A stretch of DNA of 64,000 nucleotides from Vulcanimicrobiota bacterium (GTDB lineage: Bacteria; Vulcanimicrobiota; Vulcanimicrobiia; Vulcanimicrobiales; Vulcanimicrobiaceae): the NCBI GenBank assembly GCA_963723515.1, contig CAVRQT010000003.1:32001-96000 (forward strand), given 5' to 3'. Below the pieces are notes generated by a model. It ran no database searches, was not told the DNA's origin, and saw only the letters and a list, made by a program, of their open reading frames with translations. This document shows, in pieces, positions 19,732 through 27,921 of the stretch. Each line of letters opens with the position of its first letter. Positions within the stretch are counted from its first letter, which is position 1. Both the position numbers and the translations under genes were made by a program.

Positions 19732-20277
19732 ATGCGCGCAATGGACCGAACGCTCTGTGTCCTCAGCGTCCCGATTCAAACCTGCGATCGGCGAGCGCTT
19801 TCCGAAGCATGGTACGGCGCGCTGCACGCTGCGCAACCAGCGGCCGCGTCAGGAACAACTCTAAGACTTAAGACCGGCGGCGTTGCCGATGTGCCGAAGC
19901 GACGCTTCATCGAGTTCACAGCGCGCCAAAACAGCGCCGCTCGAGGTGGTGTCTCGCGACAAACATCAACCGCGCGCCGTTTCACGTCGCTGGAAGGGCA
20001 AGCCGCGTTTGCTTCGCGGAGATCTTCGCTTGCACGGCGGATCGAGCGCACGTTTTTGAAAGCGGCTCATCCAGCACGCCAGTCCACGTTCACGCTTGAA
20101 GATGGGCGCACGCGAGTGCACGTCATGTTGCGCCGGCTGGGCCGAAGCGTACACCTCGTTGCGCTTTGCACCGCTGCCGCTCGCCTTCCGGTCGCTCAGG
20201 CACTCGCCGAGATTCAACGCCGGCTTCGAGCGCGCGGAGTTGATTTACGCACCGCTCTAACGCAGCAGGTCGTTTGA
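19732..20277 (+). CDS. Hypothetical protein, possibly FliK/SctP C-terminal (T3S4)-like
   Basis: Low-complexity N-half, then TFTLEDGRTRVHVMLRRLGRSVHLVALC...AQALAEIQRRLRARGVDL, matching the FliK_C beta/alpha pattern; located before the rod/hook gene. Confidence 0.45.
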   Translation: MRAMDRTLCVLSVPIQTCDRRALSEAWYGALHAAQPAAASGTTLRLKTGGVADVPKRRFIEFTARQNSAARGGVSRQTSTARRFTSLEGQAAFASRRSSLARRIERTFLKAAHPARQSTFTLEDGRTRVHVMLRRLGRSVHLVALCTAAARLPVAQALAEIQRRLRARGVDLRTALTQQVV

Positions 20278-20993
20278 TGATCGTTTCATCGGCGACGGCG
20301 CAAGCACTGGAGAAGATCACGGAGCGTGAATCTGAGTTGCGCGCGGCGTTTACTCCCGGCGCACAGCCGACCCACCCGGAAATTACGGCGGCGCCGTCAG
20401 TTGAAGCGGATCGCTCGCCCCTCAGCGTCGCACCGGACGGAAACGCATATTTCGTCGTTCGCGATCCGAATGGCGGCGAGGCGTTTACTCGAGACGGCGT
20501 CTTTCACATCGACGGTGCAGCGCTCGTCGATCGAGACGGCACGCCGGTGCTTGGTTTTCAGCGTGGCGGCGCGCTGAGGCCGTTGCGGCTCGATCCGATC
20601 GACAGCGCACTGGGACGCATACGAAATGTTCGCATCGAAAACGACGGCGCGCTCACGTACGAAAAGAGTGCGATCGACCCGGTGACGCGCCAACCGCAGC
20701 GCGTCAAGATTGTTGCCGGCCGTTTGGCCTTGGCGCGTTTCTCGGCTGCCACGCGGCTCGAGCCGATCGGCGACACGTACTTGCGCGCGCCTGCCGGCAT
20801 ACCACCGCACGTTGGAACGCCCGCTGATGGAAATTTTCTCCCGCTGATTACACATGCGCATTTGCGCAGCGGCATCGACCTGCTGACGGGCATCGATCGG
20901 CTACAGGAATCGTACATGGCGTTTGACGCATTGCGCGCCGCCCATTCAGCGGAAGGGCGAACCGAGAAAATCGCGATGGATTTGCTGAAGTGA
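20274..20993 (+). CDS. Divergent FlgG/FlgF-like rod (or hook) protein
   Basis: PLSVAPDGNAYFVV..PNGGEAFTRDGVFHID...LVDRDGTPVLG, GRLALARF...LEPIGDTYL; canonical ANNLAN and SNVD motifs degenerate. Confidence 0.75.
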   Translation: MMIVSSATAQALEKITERESELRAAFTPGAQPTHPEITAAPSVEADRSPLSVAPDGNAYFVVRDPNGGEAFTRDGVFHIDGAALVDRDGTPVLGFQRGGALRPLRLDPIDSALGRIRNVRIENDGALTYEKSAIDPVTRQPQRVKIVAGRLALARFSAATRLEPIGDTYLRAPAGIPPHVGTPADGNFLPLITHAHLRSGIDLLTGIDRLQESYMAFDALRAAHSAEGRTEKIAMDLLK

Positions 20994-21781
20994 TTCGAAC
21001 GCTCGCCTTTGCACCGGAATGCGAAATGCTCGGCGGACGACAAATTCGCCGCGCACGCTTCGAGCGCCGTTCGTCTTTGCCGATAGCGGCTGCGTGCCTG
21101 ATCGCCAACGGAATTCGCGAGACGCTTGCGATGCTCGTTGCGAAGGCGGTTCGCGTGCGACTGATGGAGCCGGTCTGTCCCGACCCGGACCTCTGGCCGG
21201 TCCTTGTCAATGATGCCCGTCTCTACCAAGTGCGCGGAACGCTGAACACCGCGACCTTCGTCTTAGGCAGCACCGATGCGATCGGGCTCACGCGAATGCT
21301 GTTCGGTGCAAGCGAGCAAACCGAAGACCGCCTTTCGCGAATTGAAGAGCACGTCTTAGGCCGCATGATCGAAGCGCTTGCCGCAACGCTCGCGCCGGTG
21401 TGCGGGAAGACGGTTGAAATCGCCGCCCCCGGCCGCGAGCTGCCGGGTTGGCTAACGTTTCTTGACGTGCTCATCGAGGAGCCCGTGTCGTTGCGCCTCG
21501 GCATCGCGCTGACTCGCGATACGTTCGAAGCGCCGGCGCCGCTCTTTCGAGCGGAACATCTGCTCGATGTGCGGTTGCACTTGACCGCACAGACGAGGGA
21601 AACGGAAATCGATTCGTCTCGGTTAATGCGCCTGGAGGCGGGCGCAGTCGTGCCGCTCGGCGCGCAACGAGAGGGGTGCGATCGCCTCAAGATGGGCGAT
21701 CGAACGGTCGCCGTTGGAACGTGCGGCGCGCACGGCGATTCCCGTGCTTTCTCGGTCAGCAAACTTCTGTCGGCAGCATGA
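20990..21781 (+). CDS. FliM/SctQ-like C-ring protein
   Basis: CheC-like middle (LSRIEEHVL) plus C-terminal SpoA domain (LLDVRLHL...LEAGAVVPL...GTCGAHG); directly upstream of fliN. Confidence 0.7.
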   Translation: MIRTLAFAPECEMLGGRQIRRARFERRSSLPIAAACLIANGIRETLAMLVAKAVRVRLMEPVCPDPDLWPVLVNDARLYQVRGTLNTATFVLGSTDAIGLTRMLFGASEQTEDRLSRIEEHVLGRMIEALAATLAPVCGKTVEIAAPGRELPGWLTFLDVLIEEPVSLRLGIALTRDTFEAPAPLFRAEHLLDVRLHLTAQTRETEIDSSRLMRLEAGAVVPLGAQREGCDRLKMGDRTVAVGTCGAHGDSRAFSVSKLLSAA

Positions 21782-22080
21782 ATCCGCAGGGGTTTACGGC
21801 TGCCGAAGATCCGGAGCCGCCAAACCTGACATTGCTGATGAATGTCGCGCTGCAGATCTGCGCGCAACTCGGAACGTGCACGTTGACTGTCCGTGAGGTG
21901 CTCTCGATGGGCGCGGGATCGATCGTCGAGCTCGATCGGGGATGTACCGATCCCGTCGAGTTGATCGTCAACGGAAAGCGCGTTGCACGGGGCGAGATCG
22001 TCGCCGTTGAGGAGAAGCTTGGCGTGCGCATTACCGAACTGATTGCCCTTCGACAGGCTCAGGATGACACGGCGCCGTGA
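21778..22080 (+). CDS. fliN: C-ring protein FliN
   Basis: LGTCTLTVREVLSMGAGSIVELDR...PVELIVNGKRVARGEIVAVEEKLGVRITE. Confidence 0.92.
   Translation: MNPQGFTAAEDPEPPNLTLLMNVALQICAQLGTCTLTVREVLSMGAGSIVELDRGCTDPVELIVNGKRVARGEIVAVEEKLGVRITELIALRQAQDDTAP
22045..22070 (-). repeat. REP-like repeat copy inside the fliN 3' end
   Basis: Reverse complement GTGTCATCCTGAGCCTGTCGAAGGGC; encodes LRQAQDD in FliN. Confidence 0.75.
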
Positions 22081-22733
22081 GGGAATGGCTCGCGCTCGCA
22101 CAGCACGCTCATGCAGCACTGCCGCTCGATATTCTGGGCGGCTTGCTTTTGATCGGCATCGCGCCGTTCATCTTGGTGATGTCGACGTCGTTTGTCAGGA
22201 TCGTCGTCGTGCTCTCGCTCGTGCGCTCCGCGATCGGTGCCGCCGCGCTTCCGCCGAATACCGTTCTAACGGGCCTAGCACTGATTCTGACGCTGGTGAT
22301 CATGTCACCGACGCTGAATGCAATTTCAAAGCACGCCGTCGAGCCGTACACGCGCGGACGGCTCTCGCAAGGCGCCTTTCTCGAACGTGCCGCGACGCCG
22401 CTGCGCGCCTTCATGCTGCGGCAGACGCGCGCCGACGACATTGCTCTCTTCTCGCGTGTGGCACATCGTTCGCGTGAACCGGCGGCACAAACGCCCACGT
22501 TCGTTTTGGTTCCCGCGTTCGTCGTCGGGGAACTGAGAAGCGCCTTTGCAATCGGCTTCGCGCTCTATCTTCCGTTCGTTGCGATTGACCTAGCCGTGGC
22601 GTCGATCCTGATGGGCTTGGGCATGTTCATGTTGAGCCCGCCCGTCATCTCGTTGCCGGCGAAGTTATTGTTGTTCGTGATGGTTGACGGTTGGGCGCTC
22701 GTTTGCGGAGGCGTCGTTTCCAGCTTCCGCTAA
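22077..22733 (+). CDS. fliP: Export gate protein FliP/SctR
   Basis: MSTSFVRIVVVLSLVRSAIG...PPNTVLTGLAL, LVPAFVVGELRSAFAIGF, GMFMLSPPVISLPAKLLLFVMVDGW. Confidence 0.95.
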   Translation: MREWLALAQHAHAALPLDILGGLLLIGIAPFILVMSTSFVRIVVVLSLVRSAIGAAALPPNTVLTGLALILTLVIMSPTLNAISKHAVEPYTRGRLSQGAFLERAATPLRAFMLRQTRADDIALFSRVAHRSREPAAQTPTFVLVPAFVVGELRSAFAIGFALYLPFVAIDLAVASILMGLGMFMLSPPVISLPAKLLLFVMVDGWALVCGGVVSSFR

Positions 22734-22750
22734 AGTAGCGCGCAACGCCG

Positions 22751-23656
22751 ATGCGAATCGATCTCGCGCTAGCGACGCGCCGTCCGTTCTTTTCCTTCGA
22801 ATTCTTTCCGCCGAAAAGCGACGACGGACAGGAGCAGCTTTTTCGCGCGATTGAGACGCTGTGCACGCTGCATCCATCCTTCGTTTCAGTCACCTACGGA
22901 GCGGGAGGATCGACCCGCGCCCGCACGACGACGCTCACCAAGCAAATCCAAAACGAAATCGGACTCGCGGCGATGGCGCACATCACGTGCGTTGGGCACT
23001 CGCGCCGTGAACTGCGTGAGATCTTTTACGATCTCGAGCAAGCCGGCATCGAAAACGTTCTCGCTCTACGCGGCGACCCGCCGCGCGGTCAGGCGTTCCA
23101 GATGAGCGCTGACGGCTTCTCGTACGCCTCTGAGCTTACCGCGATGCTTGCGCGGGACTTTAATTTTACGGTCGGCGGCGCGGCATATCCGGAGAAGCAC
23201 CTGGAAGCAAAGACGCTTGACGCCGATCTGCAACACCTTGCGTTGAAGGTGCGCGCCGGGGCGAAGTTCTTGATCACGCAACTCTTCTTTGACAACGAAT
23301 ACTACTTCTCGTTTGTCAAGCGCGCCCGCGCGATCGGCATCACCGTACCAATCTTGCCCGGCATCATGCCGATTACGAACTTCGAGCAGATCTCGCGCTT
23401 CACCGCGATGTGCGGCGCAACGATTCCACCGAAGTTGTATGCGGAGTTGCTTGCCCGTGCCGATCAGCCTGATGCGGTCAAAGAGCTCGGCGTCTCCTAC
23501 GCCACGTTGCAGTGCCAGGACTTGCTCGCGCGGGGAGCGCCGGGCATTCATTTTTATACATTGAACAAATCCCCGGCCACGCGCGCCGTCGTTTCCGCGC
23601 TGCTCGCTGCCAGCGCGTGGCAGCCGATGCCGCAGACGAAGTTTCAAGCGCTCTAG
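22751..23656 (+). CDS. metF: 5,10-methylenetetrahydrofolate reductase
   Basis: SFEFFPPK, FVSVTYGAGGS, AHITCVG, LALRGDPP, ITQLFFD, GIHFYTLN. Confidence 0.96.
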   Translation: MRIDLALATRRPFFSFEFFPPKSDDGQEQLFRAIETLCTLHPSFVSVTYGAGGSTRARTTTLTKQIQNEIGLAAMAHITCVGHSRRELREIFYDLEQAGIENVLALRGDPPRGQAFQMSADGFSYASELTAMLARDFNFTVGGAAYPEKHLEAKTLDADLQHLALKVRAGAKFLITQLFFDNEYYFSFVKRARAIGITVPILPGIMPITNFEQISRFTAMCGATIPPKLYAELLARADQPDAVKELGVSYATLQCQDLLARGAPGIHFYTLNKSPATRAVVSALLAASAWQPMPQTKFQAL

Positions 23657-23821
23657 AGGAACCTCCGAAGAAGCCCCACGCGCCCAGTCGCCGCAGCGCT
23701 TTTAGGCCATTTCATTGTTGCTGCGGCGGCCACAATGCGCTGCATTGCGTCCGTCCTCGCGCCTCGAACTGGCCAAAAATCGCCGCGACGGTAGAGCACG
23801 GAGGCTTCTTCGGGGGTTCCT
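23657..23821. mobile_element. MITE-like non-coding element with terminal inverted repeats
   Basis: AGGAACCTCCGAAGAAGCC (23657-75) vs GGCTTCTTCGGGGGTTCCT (23803-21), 18/19 complementary; further internal imperfect IRs. Confidence 0.7.
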
Positions 23822-23868
23822 AAAACTTCGGCAAAACGGCGCTCATCTGCGTCGATTACACTCGCGCG

Positions 23869-24138
23869 ATGGATGTCTTCGATCGGCTGCTCCGCGAGTC
23901 TCTCGTCGTCGCGGCGTTGCTCTGCTTGCCCGTGTTGATCGCTGCAACCGCGGTGGGAACGGCCGTAGCGCTGCTGCAAGCCGCGACGCAAGTACAAGAG
24001 CAAACCTTATCACTGCTTCCCAAACTCCTGGTTGTCGGCGTGGCGATTGCACTCTTCGGCGGATTTGGGATGCATCTGTGCGCTGCGCTCTTCGTTGAAG
24101 CGATCGCGCAGCTTGCGCAGATCGTGCACGGCGTTTGA
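23869..24138 (+). CDS. fliQ: Export gate protein FliQ/SctS
   Basis: VALLQAATQVQEQTLSLLPKL. Confidence 0.95.
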   Translation: MDVFDRLLRESLVVAALLCLPVLIAATAVGTAVALLQAATQVQEQTLSLLPKLLVVGVAIALFGGFGMHLCAALFVEAIAQLAQIVHGV

Positions 24139-24851
24139 ATGCGACGGCGCTCCTCGTCTTTGCACGCTGTGCCGGTTTCGTCTTTAAAGCGCCCGGCTTC
24201 TCGCATCCGAGCGTTCCGCCGCCGGTGCGCGCGGGATTGGCGCTCGTTCTCGCGATTGGTCTGCAACCGGCAACCGCTCATGCTGGATCCGCCTTCGGCC
24301 TGCCGTTCGTCTTTGGGATGGTTAGCGAGTTTGCGATCGGCGCCGCAATCGGCATAGCGACAGCGGTCCTCTACGACGGCGCGTATGCCGCTGGTCGCGT
24401 ACTGGACGATTACGTTGGAATTCGCGGCAGCGTGCCTTCAGCGGCATTTTTTGCGTCGAGCGGCTTCGGACGAGTTTGGTCCCTGACGTTTCTCGCCGGG
24501 TTCTTCTTGCTGCGCGGTTACGATCCGATCTTGCGCATCCTCGCGGACGGCTTTAACCGCCTGCCGCCGGGCGCTGCGTTACATCAAACGGGTTTTCAGC
24601 TTTTGGCCATCTCGTTGCCCGCGCTGATGCTCAAAGCTGCGCTCTTCATCGCCGGTCCCGCGATTGCACTCGTGTTCGTCGCGCAATGTGCTTTGGGAAC
24701 GCTCTCGCGCGCAATTCCGCGGTTCGCGAGCTTCACGCTCTCGTTTCCCATCAACTTCGCGGGCGTGCTGATCGTCACGCTGATTATGGTCCCGCTACTG
24801 CTTCATACCGGCGGCCGCCCGTGGATCTTTCTGCCCTTTCTTAGGCGATGA
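24135..24851 (+). CDS. fliR: Export gate protein FliR/SctT
   Basis: FARCAGFVFKAPGFSHPSVPPPVRAGLAL, EFAIGAAIG, LSRAIPRF...LSFP; between fliQ and flhB. Confidence 0.88.
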   Translation: MNATALLVFARCAGFVFKAPGFSHPSVPPPVRAGLALVLAIGLQPATAHAGSAFGLPFVFGMVSEFAIGAAIGIATAVLYDGAYAAGRVLDDYVGIRGSVPSAAFFASSGFGRVWSLTFLAGFFLLRGYDPILRILADGFNRLPPGAALHQTGFQLLAISLPALMLKAALFIAGPAIALVFVAQCALGTLSRAIPRFASFTLSFPINFAGVLIVTLIMVPLLLHTGGRPWIFLPFLRR

Positions 24852-25870
24852 GCGAACCGAGCGGGGAACGGCAATTTGAGGCCAGCGCCGCACGCTTACG
24901 TAAAGCCCGAGAGGAAGGTGACGTACCACGCTCGGCCGATCTCTGCGGCGCGCTCGCCTTCGCCGCGGCGACTTTGGCAATCGCCGCCGGCATGCCGTGG
25001 GTCGTAACGTCCGCTGAGGCTTCGATTCGGGAGGCGGCGCTGCAGCGGCGACTCGATTTCGCCTTGCTGATTTGCCTCCTCGCATCGGCGATGCTCTTGC
25101 CGCTCGCTTCAGGCGCCTGCGGCGCAATTGCCGCCGGCGTCTTGCAGACCGGTGGTTTGCAATTGCGAATGCCGCGGCTCTCGTTCACCCGGCTCAATCC
25201 AAGTGACGGATGCAAGCGCATCTTTTCGCGGGACACGTTCTTGACGATGTTGCGCGGTGCGATTGCCCTCAGCGGAATCCTCGCCGTTCTTGTGCTTACT
25301 TCCATTCGCGTCGTCGTTCAGGCGGCTGGTTCTTCAGAACCCGCCGCACTTGGCGGAGCAACATGGAATGGAGCGCTTTGCGTCGCGATTGCGGGCGCAG
25401 CATTTGCGGTTCTCTTTGGCGCGGTCGATTTCATCACGATGGTGAGGCGGTGGCGCGGACGTTTGCGTATGACGCTCGCGGAATTCAAGCGCGATCAAAA
25501 GGAGACTGAAGGGGATCCGCTGCTGCGCAGCCGGCGCCGCTCCGCGCAACGACAATCTTCCCGTTTAGCGGTGCAGCGAGTTGCAGATGCGGCATTCGTT
25601 GTCGTCAATCCGACGCACATCGCGATCGCTTTGGAATATCGGCCACCCGATGTTGCGGTGCCGCGCGTGTTGATTCGCGCCGCCGGCGAGGCGGCAATGC
25701 GCGTTCGGGCGGAGGCTGTCGCGCAGCAAATTCCGATCGTTGAGGATACGGCGCTTGCACGCGCGCTTTACACAACGACCGAAGTCGGCCAGCCGGTTCC
25801 GCTCGAACTCTACATCGCCGTGGCGGCGATCGTCGTTGCGCTTTCGCGCGCGAGCGCGATTTCCAAATGA
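24848..25870 (+). CDS. flhB: Export switch protein FlhB/SctU
   Basis: RLRKAREEGDVPRS, RLNP, KETEGDP, intact NPTH autocleavage motif. Confidence 0.93.
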   Translation: MSEPSGERQFEASAARLRKAREEGDVPRSADLCGALAFAAATLAIAAGMPWVVTSAEASIREAALQRRLDFALLICLLASAMLLPLASGACGAIAAGVLQTGGLQLRMPRLSFTRLNPSDGCKRIFSRDTFLTMLRGAIALSGILAVLVLTSIRVVVQAAGSSEPAALGGATWNGALCVAIAGAAFAVLFGAVDFITMVRRWRGRLRMTLAEFKRDQKETEGDPLLRSRRRSAQRQSSRLAVQRVADAAFVVVNPTHIAIALEYRPPDVAVPRVLIRAAGEAAMRVRAEAVAQQIPIVEDTALARALYTTTEVGQPVPLELYIAVAAIVVALSRASAISK

Positions 25871-27921
25871 AACGCTGGCCAACGTACGGCCTTGCGGCGG
25901 CGGTCCTTTCTATCGTCTTCATGCTGATCGTCCCGCTTCCGTCCGAGCTGCTGGACGCGCTTCTCGCGTTGAACATTCTTGGCTGTGCGCTGGTCTTGCT
26001 TATGAGCGTCACGATTACGGAACCGCTGGAATTCTCAACGTTTGCGCCGGCCCTGTTAATTGCGACGCTCTTCCGGCTGGCGCTGGATGTCAGCGCGACG
26101 CGCTTGATCCTGACGCAGGGCCACCTCGCGGGCGGAGCCGGCGCGATCATCCCGACCTTTGGACAGTTCGTCGTCCGCGGCAATTTGGTCGTCGGCCTGA
26201 TCGTCTTTACGATCCTCGTAACAATTCAATTCATCGTCATCGCACAAGGCTCGCAGCGGATCGCCGAGGTCGCGGCCCGCTTTACGCTCGATGCAATGCC
26301 AGGCAAGCAGATGGCCATCGACGCTGAGGTGCATGCCGGCGTTATCGAGGCGGAAAACGCGCGCATGAAGCGCGCGCTGGTGCAGAAGGAGGCAGATTTC
26401 TACGGCGCCATGGACGGCGCCGGCAAATTCGTCAAAGGCGACGCGATCGCGGCGCTGGTCATAGTCGTTTTGAACCTGATCGGTGGTTTGATCGTCGGAA
26501 TCGGCTACCATGGGCTCTCGCCCGCCGACGCACTCAATACGTTCGCGTTGCTTTCAATCGGAAACGCGCTCGTGACGACGCTGCCGGCATTTCTGATGTC
26601 GATCGCGATGGGCATGATGGTCACGCGCGTTTCGGCCGGCGGATCGCTCGGCTTCGATCTCTCGCAACAGGTCTTTGCAAGACCGGACCTCTTGCGTGCG
26701 GCAGCGTGCTTGATTTTCGTGCTGGCGATCGTGCCGGGTTTGCCGCGACCGCTGTTTCTGATTTTAGGCATGTGCGCGATGGGCGCCGCGCAACTTCTGC
26801 TCCGCATGCATGCTGCCAACGACGCGGCCGAAAAAGAGGCCAAGGAACGCGCCCGACGCAGCGCCATTCGAAGGCCGGAGATGGCGCTTTCGCTCGTCGG
26901 CGTCGACGCGGTTTGCATTGAGTTCGGTCATGCGTTGACGCCGCTGCTCGCGTCACCCGCGTGCGAGCAGTTGCTCGATCGAATCGGTGAAGTTCGCCGC
27001 GCGCTCGCCGCCGATATCGGCGTCGTCCTGCCCGGCGTGCGTCTGCGCGATAATCCCGCCGACGATGCGGACGGCTACGTCATTCGCATTCGCGAGGAGC
27101 GCGTCGCGCAGGGCCGATTACAGCTCGATGCCCTCCTTGCGGTCTGCGAACATGCACGCATAAGGCACCTGGACGGAATGCAAACCTCGGAACCGGTGTA
27201 CGGCTTGCCGGCGAAGTGGATTTCGGCACGGGATCGGGACGCGGCAATTTCCGCCGGAGCGCTCGTCTTCGATCCCATCTCCGTTTTAGGCTCTCATTTG
27301 GCGGAAGTTGCTCGCGAGCACGCCGATGCGCTGCTCGGGCGTCAGGAGTTGCAAACGTTGCTGGAGCATCTGCGCACGATCGTGCCGGCGCTGATAAAAG
27401 AAGTCGGAACGGATAACTTGCCGCTGGCGACGCTGCATCGGGTCTTCACCTTGCTGCTTCGGGAGCGGATCTGGCCCCGCGATCCGAGCGCTGCGCTCGA
27501 AGCGATCGTCGATGCCGCAGCGACTTCACGCGACGCACGAGAGATTGCGGAACGCGCTCGTGCTGCAATCGTTCCGTCGCTCCTGCGCCGCAGCGAAACA
27601 GCGTCATTGGAAGCGATGATCTTCGCACCGCCATTGGAACGCGAGCTGACCGAAGCGTGGATTCCATCCGTTGATGGACCAACCGCCGCACCCGATCCCT
27701 CGGTTGCTATGCGGCTGCGGGAGTTTGCGCTTCGATTTGCGGCGAGCGTCCCGCGCGAACGCTCGGCAGCGGTATGCGGAAGCCGCCTGCGACCGATGCT
27801 TGCGGATTTCTTCTTGCGCGCGGGAATCGCGCTGCCCGTCTTTTCTTATAACGAGCTTCCAACCAATATCGAACTTCTGCCGCGCGCGCTCTTTGGCGCT
27901 GAACCCGCCTTAGCTTCTTAA
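25867..27921 (+). CDS. flhA: Export gate ring FlhA/SctV (FHIPEP family)
   Basis: TLFRLALDVSATRLIL, RIAEVAARFTLDAMPGKQMAIDA, ADFYGAMDGAGKFVKGDAIA; full cytoplasmic domain. Confidence 0.96.
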   Translation: MKRWPTYGLAAAVLSIVFMLIVPLPSELLDALLALNILGCALVLLMSVTITEPLEFSTFAPALLIATLFRLALDVSATRLILTQGHLAGGAGAIIPTFGQFVVRGNLVVGLIVFTILVTIQFIVIAQGSQRIAEVAARFTLDAMPGKQMAIDAEVHAGVIEAENARMKRALVQKEADFYGAMDGAGKFVKGDAIAALVIVVLNLIGGLIVGIGYHGLSPADALNTFALLSIGNALVTTLPAFLMSIAMGMMVTRVSAGGSLGFDLSQQVFARPDLLRAAACLIFVLAIVPGLPRPLFLILGMCAMGAAQLLLRMHAANDAAEKEAKERARRSAIRRPEMALSLVGVDAVCIEFGHALTPLLASPACEQLLDRIGEVRRALAADIGVVLPGVRLRDNPADDADGYVIRIREERVAQGRLQLDALLAVCEHARIRHLDGMQTSEPVYGLPAKWISARDRDAAISAGALVFDPISVLGSHLAEVAREHADALLGRQELQTLLEHLRTIVPALIKEVGTDNLPLATLHRVFTLLLRERIWPRDPSAALEAIVDAAATSRDAREIAERARAAIVPSLLRRSETASLEAMIFAPPLERELTEAWIPSVDGPTAAPDPSVAMRLREFALRFAASVPRERSAAVCGSRLRPMLADFFLRAGIALPVFSYNELPTNIELLPRALFGAEPALAS

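Noticed and set aside
22734..22750. SAM riboswitch before metF
   Set aside because: Only 17 bp of intergenic space
14285..27921. Classical injectisome, or a decaying flagellar operon
   Set aside because: No secretin, needle or translocon genes and flagellar-type rod genes are present; ORFs and catalytic motifs are intact
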